A stretch of DNA of 64,000 nucleotides from Thermoproteota archaeon (GTDB lineage: Archaea; Thermoproteota; Thermoprotei_A; Sulfolobales; Ignisphaeraceae), in contig JAUQPB010000004.1 in the NCBI GenBank assembly GCA_030550585.1, positions 32,001-96,000 of the forward strand, written 5' to 3'. Below the pieces are notes generated by a model. The model did no database searches and had not been told where the DNA came from. It saw nothing but the letters and a program-made list of their open reading frames with translations. A program made the translations under genes and the position numbers. This document shows positions 1-10,766 of this stretch, piece after piece. The stretch's first letter is position 1; each line of letters opens with the position of its first letter.

Positions 1-1
1 A

Positions 2-784
2 ACAGTTGCAAGACTCTTAAATCTTTCGTTTTCAAGGATTCAGTGTACTGTAGACATACTTCCATCCGATATTATAGGGACTAGGATATTCAATCAGAAG
101 ACAGGCGAGTTTGAGCTTAGGCTAGGGCCAATACACTCCAATGTAGTGCTAGTTGACGAGATTAACAGAGCCTCTCCAAGAGCGCAATCAGCTCTTCTAG
201 AGGCTATGCAGGAGAGGCAGGTGACCATAGATGGTGAGACAATTAAGCTTCCCAGACCCTTCATAGTTATAGCAACACAAAACCCTGTAGAGTTAGAAGG
301 TACATTCCCCCTTCCAGAGGCGCAGCTGGACAGATTCTATATAAAAATTAATATGAGCCCGCTTGAGAGGGCATCTCTAATTAAGCTTCTTAAAAAGGAT
401 TTGAGAGCCATAGAAAGAGAGTTTGAGAATCTAAGGCCTGTGGTAGGCAGAGAAGATTTGGAGGAGGCATCGGAGGAAATAGAGCATGTATATATAGACG
501 ATTCTATATACGACTACGTTGCGCGAATAGCTGAATACAGCAATAGGCATCCTGCTGTAAGGCTTGGGATAACCCCGAGAGGGGCTCTAATGCTGGTTAA
601 CCTAGCTAAAGAGTTTGCACTCTATGAGGGGAGAAAATATGTTATACCAGATGATATTAAAAAAGCGTCTATACCCGCATTATCGCATAGGATTTTGCTG
701 AAACCAGAATACATAGCTGGGGAATACAGTGTGGAGCGCATAATACAGGAGATTTTGGCTAAGGTTGAGGTGCCAAGACCATAG
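2..784 (+). CDS. MoxR-family AAA+ ATPase (5' end outside window)
   Basis: Frame is open from base 2 (RIQCTVDILPSDIIG). Motifs DEINRA, ALLEAMQERQVT and ATQNPVELEGTFPLPEAQLDRF. Confidence 0.95.
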   Translation, partial: TVARLLNLSFSRIQCTVDILPSDIIGTRIFNQKTGEFELRLGPIHSNVVLVDEINRASPRAQSALLEAMQERQVTIDGETIKLPRPFIVIATQNPVELEGTFPLPEAQLDRFYIKINMSPLERASLIKLLKKDLRAIEREFENLRPVVGREDLEEASEEIEHVYIDDSIYDYVARIAEYSNRHPAVRLGITPRGALMLVNLAKEFALYEGRKYVIPDDIKKASIPALSHRILLKPEYIAGEYSVERIIQEILAKVEVPRP

Positions 785-2076
785 AGCATAACAGGCTGGA
801 GTTCTATCCAAAGCCAAGCAAATTGCTGTACATTGTTTTCCTACTTGCTCTAGCCATGACTATATACATAAATGGCATGCCAAAAACCCTAGCCCTCTTT
901 GCAGCGACCACAACCCTGACAATTATTTCGACATCACTTTCAATAGCGACATCGGCAAAGAGCATAGTGTTTGATGTAAAGGCTCTAAGACCTGATATAA
1001 CTGGGCTGGAAAACGAGGACATTGAAATACCTTTTGAGATAATCTACAGACTACCCTACGTTCTATCAATTACTGCTGTGAAGCTAGATAATGATATGGG
1101 CATCTCATATTCTAAACACATTACAAAAGCTGATGGCAATAAATACGAATTAAAAGTCTATGTAAGAGGCTATGTAGGTAGCCATAGAATAAATGGACTG
1201 ACAATAACGTTTCAAGACATATTCAAGTTGTTTAGAATTGAAGTGAAAGTGGGCTTTGGTGTTCCAGTAGCTGTGCATATAGTTCCTGTTAAAACATCAA
1301 CACGGTTTAGAATAGAGTTTTTATTGCCGTCAGAAGTTCTATACGAATCTTATGTATCTAGAAGAAAGGGATATGGAATAAACATACTTGGTGTAAGAGA
1401 GTATACAGTAGGTGATGAGTTTAGAAGAATAGCTTGGAAGGCAACCGCGAAGACAGGTCGTTTAATGGTCAAAGAGTATGAGGGTATGTCGTATAGAAAT
1501 ATAGTTGTTGTTGCATCTCTTCACAATGGGCATTACATAGGGGATCCACCGCCTATACACTATATAGGGAATGCCGTACTGGGCATTGTCTCTGCTGCTT
1601 GTGAGAGGAATATGAAGGTAAGGGTTGGTGTAATTACTGAAGAGGGTATAAAGATAAGTAGTGAGATAACCAAAAAAGATATTGACAATGTGCACACAAT
1701 TCTGTCATTGATTGAATGGCCTCTAAAGCCAATCAGATTCTACAGCTATTCTAGTAGCAATAGAATAGTTAGATGGTTTGTCAAACAACTGGTTTTCAAT
1801 TCCTGTAGAGAGCCATGTATCGTCGCATTATTTATCGATCCATTAGACGATCTGGATGTTGAGAATATTGCAAGACTTTATAGAGAGCTTAAGATGCGTG
1901 GGCATGAACTGAAGCTGTTTCTAGCACCGCCAACGCTAATCAATTTTCTATACAACAAGAATCTGCCTATACAGGATCTTGACAGCGCTGTGAAAGAGAT
2001 CAATAGAATTGATATGATAGTTAGAAGCCTTCACAGAATAGCAAAGATCTATACGCCAGACAAATATATTGTGTAA
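781..2076 (+). CDS. DUF58 family protein (MoxR-associated); start is either ATA 781 or TTG 823
   Basis: Motif REYTVGDEFRRIAWKATAKTGRLMVKEYE, N-terminal TM segments, directly after the MoxR gene. Confidence 0.88.
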   Translation: MEHNRLEFYPKPSKLLYIVFLLALAMTIYINGMPKTLALFAATTTLTIISTSLSIATSAKSIVFDVKALRPDITGLENEDIEIPFEIIYRLPYVLSITAVKLDNDMGISYSKHITKADGNKYELKVYVRGYVGSHRINGLTITFQDIFKLFRIEVKVGFGVPVAVHIVPVKTSTRFRIEFLLPSEVLYESYVSRRKGYGINILGVREYTVGDEFRRIAWKATAKTGRLMVKEYEGMSYRNIVVVASLHNGHYIGDPPPIHYIGNAVLGIVSAACERNMKVRVGVITEEGIKISSEITKKDIDNVHTILSLIEWPLKPIRFYSYSSSNRIVRWFVKQLVFNSCREPCIVALFIDPLDDLDVENIARLYRELKMRGHELKLFLAPPTLINFLYNKNLPIQDLDSAVKEINRIDMIVRSLHRIAKIYTPDKYIV

Positions 2077-2077
2077 T

Positions 2078-3085
2078 TCATTTGAATCCCGGTGGCCTCA
2101 CCTTTAAAACATCTTTGTTTACCAGCGTTGGAGGCTCTCTACCCTCGTAAAATGTTATGAGATTTTCTGCAACTAGCTCCGCCATGGCATGTCTAGCCTC
2201 ATATGTTGCAGAGCCTATGTGAGGTGCTAACACAACATTTTTAAATGCTGTTAGTGGGTGGTTTGGTGGGAGAGGCTCCTGCTCAAAAACATCTAGGCCT
2301 GCACCAGCTATCCAGCCCTCAGCCAAAGCCTTTACCAAAGCGTTTGTATCTACGACAGCGCCCCTCGCAGTGTTTATCAGTATAGCTGTCCTCTTCATTT
2401 TTCTAAGCCTCTCCTCGTTGATGAGATGATATGTTTCTTTTGTTAAGGGTACGTGTATCGAAACTATATCCGCTTCCTGCAAAAGTGTGTCAATATCCCT
2501 ATACTCCGCGCCCAGCCTCTTCTCCAATTCCTCGTTTCTCGACCTGCTATAGTATATTATTTTCATGCCAAATGCCTTGCCTATCTCAGCGACTCTAGAG
2601 CCTATTCTGCCAAGGCCTATGATGCCAAGTGTCTTTCCCTTCAACTCAACGCCTAGCATCATGTGTGGGTGCCAGCCTGTTCTTGTTCTCCACCACTCAC
2701 CCCACCTAACAAATGTATCAGCCTCGACAATTCTTCTCGCAACAGCTAGTATCAAGGCCCATGTAAGCTCGGCTGTAGCCTCTGTCAAAACATCTGGTGT
2801 GTTGGTAACATAGATTCCCAGTCTGGTTGCACATGCAACATCTATATTGTCATAGCCAACAGCGTACTGAGCGACAATCCTAAGCCTTTTGGCTTGCTGC
2901 AAAAGGTTACAGTCTATTCTATCACTAAGCATAGATGCTAATGCATCGACCTCCTTGGCTTTTTCAAGAAGAACCTCATATGGTGGGGGCTGATACCTGT
3001 CCCAGACCTCAACCTCATAATATTTACTCAATTTCTCAATTACATTAGGAAAAAGCTCTCTTGTTACAAAAAGTTTTGGTCTCAT
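2078..3085 (-). CDS. gyaR: Glyoxylate reductase (D-2-hydroxyacid dehydrogenase family)
   Basis: [31 protein letters not shown] and APHIGSAT motifs. GAGGTG RBS before ATG 3085. Confidence 0.9.
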   Translation of the reverse strand: MRPKLFVTRELFPNVIEKLSKYYEVEVWDRYQPPPYEVLLEKAKEVDALASMLSDRIDCNLLQQAKRLRIVAQYAVGYDNIDVACATRLGIYVTNTPDVLTEATAELTWALILAVARRIVEADTFVRWGEWWRTRTGWHPHMMLGVELKGKTLGIIGLGRIGSRVAEIGKAFGMKIIYYSRSRNEELEKRLGAEYRDIDTLLQEADIVSIHVPLTKETYHLINEERLRKMKRTAILINTARGAVVDTNALVKALAEGWIAGAGLDVFEQEPLPPNHPLTAFKNVVLAPHIGSATYEARHAMAELVAENLITFYEGREPPTLVNKDVLKVRPPGFK

Positions 3086-3336
3086 GGATCGCACCTCAAC
3101 TTGTTGTAATATCTCCGTAATATCTAGTATATTAAATCTTTCGCCATACCCATAAATATTTGATTTACAAAGCTATTTCCCGCATCCAAATATCCTCAGC
3201 ATCTGACAGTAGCATAATCTGTTTCTGCAGATGGTAGCCTATCCTATTACACATTTTGCTTAGGATCTTCTAAAGGTGTTTAAGCCAGAGAGTGGTAGCA
3301 AGCCCAAAATTTATGATGATAAATGTAGTTAGGCAG

Positions 3337-5097
3337 CTACGAATAGAGGGAAACATGCTGCTTTATATAAGATGGAATTTTGTTAAACAAAGCTGATATT
3401 ATTAGAGTAGACAGTTTTGGCTGTCTATCTCTTGTGTATACACCTTTTCTATTTAATATTGTTCTACCTGGGCTTTGAGGTGTTCTAAAATCTGCGAAAT
3501 TCCATATATGTAGCCCCACTATGTAGTCTCTCTTCATAAGTGCCTCAATGTAGTTTTTGATTAGCTCTGCTTGATATTCCTCTGACCACATCTGTGGCGG
3601 ATCGCTGTGCAAACCTAGAATTGCGTCTGCCCCAAACTCTGTTATTATTATTGGTTTTTCTGGGAATTTGCTATGTATTTGCTCTAGCTCGTTCAACATA
3701 TTTTCTACGCCTTTTTGTATATCTCCCCATTCAGAGTACCAGCCACGATAGTAGTTAAGTGATATGATATCCACATAGCCTAGTGCAAGGTCTTTAAACG
3801 ATTTGTGAGAGGCAAAGGTTACCGGCCTTGTCGGGTCGATGGATTTTACAAACTCTGAGAGTTTTCTTATAGCCTCTGCAACCTCTGGCAAGTCGCTTGG
3901 AGGTTCATTCATAATGCTATACATTATTACTGAAGGTCTATTCTTGTGCTGTCTAACCATTTCTTCTATGAACCTCTTCGCCTTTGCCAAATACTCTTCA
4001 TCTCTAAACAGCTTTGCAATATCCTCTGTGTTGAGAAGCCTTTCTATGCCTGAGTAGCATAGAGGTGGCTCTAGAATAACCATAAAGCCAAATTCGTCTG
4101 CTAGATCTAGATGCTCGTTAGAGTATGGATAGTGAGAGGTTCTAAATGAATTTGCACCCATTTTCTTCATAAGATAGAAGTCTCTTACAAGAACAGCTCC
4201 CGGAAGATACTTACCTGTAACAGGAAAGTCCTCGTGTCTTCCAAAACCTTTGAGAAACACCGGCCTATCGTTTAGATATATTCTTCCATTCCTTACTGTA
4301 ATGCTTCTAAAACCAATCCGCTCGTAGATGGCATCCCTTAAAATGTTGCCAACATAAACCTCGACAACAAAACTATATAGATTTGGCTCCTCAGGCCCCC
4401 AAGGCTTTACACCATCATATCTCTTCTCAAATTTCAGTACACCAGGTTTAGCATTTCTGATATAGTCTTCTGAGATAACCTTGCCAAGCTCTTTATCCAT
4501 GAGAGCAACCCTAACATCAACTTCTCTATCACATACTATCTCAATATCTGCTTTAAGGGCTCCACCATGATTTGTAGCAATTGTTACATCATTTACATGA
4601 CAAACATCAGTAAATTCCAAGTAAACGGGTCTGTGTATACCGCCATAGTGAAAGAAGTCAAAGGCAGTTAAATTAAGCTCCTTTGCTGGAGGTATATTGA
4701 GTATCGATGGAGTGTTGTCTATCCTCACCACAACTTTGTTTAAATCGCCAAATCTTATGCTATCCACTCTAAACTTGAATTGTGTAAAAGACCCTTCATG
4801 CTCGCCAACAAACTTCTCATTTATCCATACGCTAGTCTTGTACCCAGCACCCTCAAATACAATCCAAGCCTCTTTACAATCCAAGAGCCTATCAACATAA
4901 AAATTCTTTTGATACCATGCAACACCTGTAAACTGATCCCATTCAGGGTTTTGCTCATTCCAAGACGATGGAACGTATATTAAATCGCTAGATTCAAAAC
5001 CTCTGAACCAACCCTCTTTATCGCCAGCAAGATTTCTATCAACTCTAAATTTCCAGAAGCCTTCGAGAGATATTTTTGGTCTAAACCAAGATTTCAT
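3337..5097 (-). CDS. uidA: GH2 beta-glucuronidase
   Basis: FDFFHYGGIHRPV, ANSFRTSHYPY, acid/base NEP, nucleophile ITEFG, WNFADF and the NxKG (NRKG) glucuronidase motif. Confidence 0.9.
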   Translation of the reverse strand: MKSWFRPKISLEGFWKFRVDRNLAGDKEGWFRGFESSDLIYVPSSWNEQNPEWDQFTGVAWYQKNFYVDRLLDCKEAWIVFEGAGYKTSVWINEKFVGEHEGSFTQFKFRVDSIRFGDLNKVVVRIDNTPSILNIPPAKELNLTAFDFFHYGGIHRPVYLEFTDVCHVNDVTIATNHGGALKADIEIVCDREVDVRVALMDKELGKVISEDYIRNAKPGVLKFEKRYDGVKPWGPEEPNLYSFVVEVYVGNILRDAIYERIGFRSITVRNGRIYLNDRPVFLKGFGRHEDFPVTGKYLPGAVLVRDFYLMKKMGANSFRTSHYPYSNEHLDLADEFGFMVILEPPLCYSGIERLLNTEDIAKLFRDEEYLAKAKRFIEEMVRQHKNRPSVIMYSIMNEPPSDLPEVAEAIRKLSEFVKSIDPTRPVTFASHKSFKDLALGYVDIISLNYYRGWYSEWGDIQKGVENMLNELEQIHSKFPEKPIIITEFGADAILGLHSDPPQMWSEEYQAELIKNYIEALMKRDYIVGLHIWNFADFRTPQSPGRTILNRKGVYTRDRQPKLSTLIISALFNKIPSYIKQHVSLYS

Positions 5098-5182
5098 AGT
5101 TTCACAACAGTAGTGAGAATAGAGAGTATAAAAATTTCTTAGTAACTGGGATTAGGATTGGAAATTTATTTGTAGAGAATAT

Positions 5183-7330
5183 TTAGGTTAGCGATTTTAT
5201 TGTACTAACAATTCTCGATCTAAACGCAAGGTATTCTTCAGTAAATTCATGCATTGTTTTTGCTGATGGCCCGTAGGATGGCCATTCATCTACTCTCAGC
5301 CCTCTATTCCCATAGTCTCTATCTATGCCAATTTTCTTTAAAAGCTCGTTAACTTCTGGCGATGCTTCATAGGCTTTTACAAAATCCTCCATTTGCATCA
5401 ATATCTCGAGATATTTTCTTGGCAGTTGCTGATATATAGACTCCCTCAAGTCCTCTAATACAATACTCTTCTTGGCAACCTCTTCAACTACATTTAGTTG
5501 ATGATCTGGGAACTCTGTATTTGTCATGTTTCTGGATGCAAATGTGTATAGAGTGTCAATAGGCTTTCTTTTTGATGCTGGAAGCAGGTCTATTCTGTCC
5601 ATAACAAGCTCTGCCTCTGCTTTTGTTAACCCATACTCTCTAACTAGATAGTTTACCCACTTCTCTCTATTCCACGGAGCAAACATTATCTCATAAACTC
5701 TTTGAGCTACAAATGTGCCTGAAAGCCTCAAAGCCTCTTCAACAGGTTGCAGACTGTTCAAAGCCTCTTCCCTAGATTTGTACAAGCCCAGCTCAACCAA
5801 GGCATCTATGAATGCGTCTCTCAGCAGGTTTCTGCCCAATACCCTTCTACTAGTCAAGAAGCTTACAATACTCTTCAAATCTCTCTTCTTCATCTCCTGC
5901 CAAACATCGTCTTTTACCCCGAGACCCTTAGCAAGCTTCTCTAAAACAACACTTCTCCTAGCCTCATCGACTCTTTCAATAGCTTTCAATAGAAGCTGAG
6001 CAGCAAACTCCTCTCTCAAATGATCCTCTAGCCTACCACCCATGTTAGTGTCATATGTTTGTGTTGGTATAATACCTTTTCTAATGGCCTTTGCCATCCC
6101 CTTTATAGCTGCAAATCCGATTAGAATCTCTTGAGAAACCGTGAAGCTTACGGTTATGTTTTGGCCAACACCCATTTCGTTGATTCTCTCAGCAATTTCT
6201 ATGGCAGCTGGATATGCAGCTGCAACCTTTACAACAAGGTTAGCCCTACCCTTTTCAGGTATGTTATAGCCCCACCAGAGATATTCGTCGTAGACACTAA
6301 GATCTCTTTCCAACCTTGTCACAAATATCTTGACAGCCTCAACACTCTTCTCAACATCGTTTGCTATAAGTGGGTTTAGCTGGTAGCTAACAAGCCCATC
6401 GTGATATTTGGAGAGTATGAATGGAACTCTAAACACATAGAAGTTTTCCATTAAAGCAAATCTAGTGGCCTCCATAGCAATTTCATCAGCATATTTCTCG
6501 GGATTCTCAAACCACTCTGGATGTTCCTTAGCCAGAACATTTTTTGCATATTTCTTGAATCTCTCTAGAAGCTCTGGATCGTCGTTGTATGCAGTAGCTG
6601 CTAGGGGAGGGTTTGTGGATACCTGTACAAATCCTAGATGTCTTAGAAATCTCAGTCCCAGCGCATAGTCATTCCCAAACTTGCATAAACCTGCTTCATA
6701 TGCTTTTCTATAGAATAGATCTCTTATTTGATTGGCCATTGCATTGATGTAGCTCCTGGCTATAGAACCTCTATCAATTTTCTTTGAAACCTCTTGAGCA
6801 ACTCTTGCAACGAGGCTCTTACCCTTGTTGATCTTCATCAAGTCATTTAGTTGCATCTCTACTACAGAATACATTATTGCAGGTTCTCCAAGCTCCTGTC
6901 TCTCAAGAGATTCGAAATAGTCAAGAGCATTAGTTAGGTGTTTAATGTGATTCTCCACATCTTCGCTGGTATAACCAGCCCACTTGCTTTCGGCACCACT
7001 CAAATTGAAGATCATTTCAAATAGGGTATCATAGATTCTAAACCTCTTTAAAACAACTTCTTCATTAAGCCTCCCAGAATGATCTAAAACCTTCTCACTT
7101 TTCAGCAGGTGTTCAACCCTTCTTATAAGAGAGGAAAACGCCTCATTAGCAATTTTGGCAAACTCTGGGTGGAGTATATGGTCTGCTGCAAGTTTTGTCC
7201 AGCCCATTAAAGATGTTTTGATTATATGGTCGGCATGGTCTATACGAGGGGACATGGGTAGTGAGAGGGGTTCAGGCTCTGCTTTTCTAACTATTCCAAT
7301 TATGGTATCTTTGTTTACATAGATTTTCAT
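5183..7330 (-). CDS. Transaldolase-family protein, unusually long (~715 aa)
   Basis: FGND, VSTNPPL, GLVSYQLNP, VVKVAA (Schiff-base Lys), NITVSFTVSQ and MGGRLED motifs, plus a ~215 aa N-terminal extension. Confidence 0.8.
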   Translation of the reverse strand: MKIYVNKDTIIGIVRKAEPEPLSLPMSPRIDHADHIIKTSLMGWTKLAADHILHPEFAKIANEAFSSLIRRVEHLLKSEKVLDHSGRLNEEVVLKRFRIYDTLFEMIFNLSGAESKWAGYTSEDVENHIKHLTNALDYFESLERQELGEPAIMYSVVEMQLNDLMKINKGKSLVARVAQEVSKKIDRGSIARSYINAMANQIRDLFYRKAYEAGLCKFGNDYALGLRFLRHLGFVQVSTNPPLAATAYNDDPELLERFKKYAKNVLAKEHPEWFENPEKYADEIAMEATRFALMENFYVFRVPFILSKYHDGLVSYQLNPLIANDVEKSVEAVKIFVTRLERDLSVYDEYLWWGYNIPEKGRANLVVKVAAAYPAAIEIAERINEMGVGQNITVSFTVSQEILIGFAAIKGMAKAIRKGIIPTQTYDTNMGGRLEDHLREEFAAQLLLKAIERVDEARRSVVLEKLAKGLGVKDDVWQEMKKRDLKSIVSFLTSRRVLGRNLLRDAFIDALVELGLYKSREEALNSLQPVEEALRLSGTFVAQRVYEIMFAPWNREKWVNYLVREYGLTKAEAELVMDRIDLLPASKRKPIDTLYTFASRNMTNTEFPDHQLNVVEEVAKKSIVLEDLRESIYQQLPRKYLEILMQMEDFVKAYEASPEVNELLKKIGIDRDYGNRGLRVDEWPSYGPSAKTMHEFTEEYLAFRSRIVSTIKSLT

Positions 7331-7363
7331 GTTCTCACCATACAATGGAATTAACCTTAGGAT

Positions 7364-8296
7364 TTACATAGATGTTTCTGCTTGGAGATAGAGCTGGAAG
7401 GCGCGTAGGAGAACACTTTTAGCGGTGTGCACAACCTCCATTGGATGCTGACCCTCCTCCGGCCTCACCTCAAAACTTATAGCGCCTCTATAGCCAATGT
7501 CACTCAAAACAGTTAGTAGTTTCGCAACATCTTGTTCTGTATTCAATGCTCCGGGTCTGTAGAAGCCTGGATGGGTATCCAGGAGTTTGTCTCCCACTCT
7601 TTTTGCGCAACCTATATGGATATGCCCTATGAAATCTGGGTATGACTTCAACAGATCTGGAGATTCGTTTAGCAGTGGGGCGTGGCTTAGATCCCACATT
7701 ATATAAACATTCTTTGCCTGTTCCCTCACTTTCTCAACTATCTTTACAGTTTCTTGCAGGGGGCCTGCAAGCCTCTTTCTATCCCAAGCAACATCGAATG
7801 TCTCCAAATAGAGATTCATATTATACTTTGCCGCCTCGCTCCCAAGCTCAACAAGGGTTTTGATCAATGCCTCCCTTGCCTTCTCCCTCTCCGAACCCTC
7901 AACATTTGGCCCAGAACAAATGCCAACAGCTTTATAGCCTCTTCCACCAGCAACCCTAACCTCTCTAAGCAGAACTTCAACACTTTTCATTCTCTCTGCT
8001 TCATCAGTAGCACTAGGATTAACACCCCTTGTTAAGATAACTGGTTGAAGACCCAGAGCAAACTTCTTTCCATACAACCTATTCAACTCATTAATTTTCT
8101 TCCACTCCACATCATCTATAATCATAACTTCCAACAAATCAAAGTAAGGATCTTCTAGCAAAACCCTTATCTTCTCTGAAGCACCTTCAGATGTTTTCAT
8201 AAGTTCTGGGAAAACCATGAATGACACTATACCTATATCCCAAGGAAATCTTGCTATAATTTCAAATTCATTCTTCTTTATATAGCCATACAGCAT
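7364..8296 (-). CDS. Sugar phosphate isomerase/epimerase (xylose-isomerase-like TIM barrel)
   Basis: Metal-binding pattern LETFD...WDLSH...HIHIG...SFEV. Confidence 0.85.
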   Translation of the reverse strand: MLYGYIKKNEFEIIARFPWDIGIVSFMVFPELMKTSEGASEKIRVLLEDPYFDLLEVMIIDDVEWKKINELNRLYGKKFALGLQPVILTRGVNPSATDEAERMKSVEVLLREVRVAGGRGYKAVGICSGPNVEGSEREKAREALIKTLVELGSEAAKYNMNLYLETFDVAWDRKRLAGPLQETVKIVEKVREQAKNVYIMWDLSHAPLLNESPDLLKSYPDFIGHIHIGCAKRVGDKLLDTHPGFYRPGALNTEQDVAKLLTVLSDIGYRGAISFEVRPEEGQHPMEVVHTAKSVLLRAFQLYLQAETSM

Positions 8297-8442
8297 CGTC
8301 TATCCCACCAACTCTTTTACATAAATCTAGATCTAGTCCCAGTTTTATGCTTTTTAGCGGTAGAAAAGGTCTAACCAAACATACACTGATATATCAAAAA
8401 GTTTGTCTCGAGCTTGTATATAGAATTCGCATTTCATAAAAA

Positions 8443-8550
8443 CTATCTTCTTCTCCTAATCCTCGAACCACCCTCTCTACCCAAAATTATATGCATTATA
8501 TAAGCCCTTCTACTTTTGAATACTCTACCACATCTTTTACACACATACAT
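8443..8550 (-). CDS. 35-aa C2H2-like zinc-finger microprotein (not in the ORF track)
   Basis: Translates as MYVCKRCGRVFKSRRAYIMHIILGREGGSRIRRRR. AGGGAG RBS lies just upstream of the ATG. Confidence 0.65.
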   Translation of the reverse strand: MYVCKRCGRVFKSRRAYIMHIILGREGGSRIRRRR

Positions 8551-8813
8551 TGAGCTCCCTATACCTGAGAACTGTTAAATAATGTTCATTCTCAGCAACT
8601 AGATGTTTAATAGTGATGATAAACATCATTATCAATTTCTCTTTAAGCAGACCCTTCTACACATGAGTGAGTCTATATCTTGATTGGTCTAACAGAAATA
8701 TGATTTTATTTGCTGTAGTTTGCGAAATCTCTTAGATGTTAGTTGCAAAGGTTCTGATAGTTGATGGATTTTTAACAGCTTTTGCTTATATATGGAAAAA
8801 TGCGTATAAGGTT

Positions 8814-10223
8814 TTATACAACAACAGTTTTTATTCCAAGGAGTTTTGCTGCATCTGCAAGGGGTTTTACATAGTCTCCGTATATCATGCTTGCGTGGTG
8901 TACAAAGCCCTCTTCTATTAGTGTTCTATACACTTTGTCTAGATCCTCCACCTCTACCCATACCCAGCTACCTCTAAAGCTTGGCTTCTCATCTTCTAGC
9001 GCCCTACCTCTGGTTATGAACAGCTTGAATTCTCCATCGTATTCAACAAGTCTCGATATTGTTACAACACCTGGTTTGAGCCTCCCCTCAAAGGTTCCAT
9101 ATGCTCTCTCAACACCGACATCTCTATACATTATGCTGTGGTACATCAATGAACATCTACCGGCACATAGAGCTGGTGGGGCATTTCCACAGTGCCATGC
9201 CAGAAACACATTTGGTTTTTCTGGGTGTTTGATTGTCCAGTCTATGAAGAATGGTGGTGTTTGTTCAAGCGATGCCGCGTACTGCATTATCATTGTCAAA
9301 ACCCCGTAGACATCAACCTCGCATGCTGTCATTATGCCGCTTTGTGTTAGTCTGGCCATTGCATGGCACGGCGAAATGCCATAGTATCTCTGTATCTCTG
9401 TCCAGCATCTAAAGCCGATGCCACTAAGCTTCTTCGACTCTGCAAATCTTCTCAATACAAGCTCTAGCTTAGCTATCTTGAGGAGCGCTTCTTTGGGAAT
9501 TTGCGAAGCATCTGCATAGCTTGTAATCTCGCTTACTATTCTCTGAACAGCTGGATCACTATCGCTAAGCTTCTTAGCCTCTTCAACAACTTCAAGCAGT
9601 GTTGCATGAACAACTCTCTGCTTGAACTTCTCAGCCATTTTAGCCTCATTAAATGTTACAGTCTCGAACCTCTCTGGCCTCGGACCCACAATTCCGACTC
9701 TAGCCCCAACAAACCTCCTATATATGGAGACAACCCTGATGAAGTTGTCGAAACTGTCTACAAACTCCTTGTCCTCTGGAAACACAATACCTCCGAACAG
9801 AAATGGTATCTTCCTTCTATACAAAGCCGAGGCTAGGGATAATGTGCCACAGAAAGAATCGGATCTCCTAAACCCGCCAGGAAGAGTCTCAGGCTCTTTA
9901 GTAGCAAAGACAATTATCGGCAAACCCCTAAACTCCTCAGCTACCCTAGCACCGGCAAGCTCATCCCCAAAGGTAAGAGTTGATAGCACTATCCCCTCAA
10001 CACCCCTCTCCCTAAAAAGCTTTACAACCCTCTCAGCATCCTCATCATCTGTAACCAACCCCATCTTAGTGTCCTTCTCACTAGGATAAACAACCTCGAC
10101 AAAACCCCCAAACCTCTGCTCAACAACACTGACAAACCTCTTCTTCAGCTCCTGAGCCCACAGCTCGTCAAATGGATATCGATGCAGAGGGACAAACCCG
10201 ATCTTTATCCTTTCCAAAACCAC
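8814..10223 (-). CDS. L-fucose/L-arabinose isomerase family protein
   Basis: DSFCG, FRCWTEIQ, ACEVDVYG, LAWHCGNAP, PGVVTISRL and GFVHHAS motifs. Confidence 0.88.
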   Translation of the reverse strand: MVLERIKIGFVPLHRYPFDELWAQELKKRFVSVVEQRFGGFVEVVYPSEKDTKMGLVTDDEDAERVVKLFRERGVEGIVLSTLTFGDELAGARVAEEFRGLPIIVFATKEPETLPGGFRRSDSFCGTLSLASALYRRKIPFLFGGIVFPEDKEFVDSFDNFIRVVSIYRRFVGARVGIVGPRPERFETVTFNEAKMAEKFKQRVVHATLLEVVEEAKKLSDSDPAVQRIVSEITSYADASQIPKEALLKIAKLELVLRRFAESKKLSGIGFRCWTEIQRYYGISPCHAMARLTQSGIMTACEVDVYGVLTMIMQYAASLEQTPPFFIDWTIKHPEKPNVFLAWHCGNAPPALCAGRCSLMYHSIMYRDVGVERAYGTFEGRLKPGVVTISRLVEYDGEFKLFITRGRALEDEKPSFRGSWVWVEVEDLDKVYRTLIEEGFVHHASMIYGDYVKPLADAAKLLGIKTVVV

Positions 10224-10336
10224 TCACCAAATTTTATCATATATAATGAGAGTCTTTTTAAGTTTTTCTGAAATATTATATAAGGTTGTATTGAGTTAAA
10301 AAATAAGTTTTTGCAAAAACGTATTACAAGTTTTCC

Positions 10337-10766
10337 TTAAGATCTAAATATTAGTGTTCTTCTCGATAAGTCAACAATCACAGCTATAACCAGTATCAAT
10401 GCTGTTGCTACATCTTGCCAATAAGGCGAAATCCCTATGAATACTATACCAGTTCTAGCAATTGACACAAGTAATGCTCCGAGTACGGCATTGAAGGCAT
10501 TTCCTTCGCCTCCAGCTAGACTTACACCTGCCAATGCACAAGACGCAACTGCCAAGAGTTCCTGTCCTGAGGCTATGTCTGCGTAACCAGATGCTATTAG
10601 CCCCGCATATATCATTCCAGCTATGCTAGCCATGGCACCAGAGTACGCAAATGCAAATATCCTCGCTTTATGTATTGGTATGCCAGCAACTCTAGCAGCC
10701 TCTAGGTTACCACCTATAGCATAGAGGTATCTTCCTATGGCAGTCCTCTGCTGAATGAATATATAT
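10337..10766 (-). pseudogene. 3' fragment of a sugar ABC transporter permease (RbsC-like); 5' part missing
   Basis: Frame reads QRTAIGRYLYAIGGNLEAARVAGIP...QELLAVASCALAGVSLAGGEG. Similarity stops at ~10766 and there is no N-terminal half. Confidence 0.85.
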
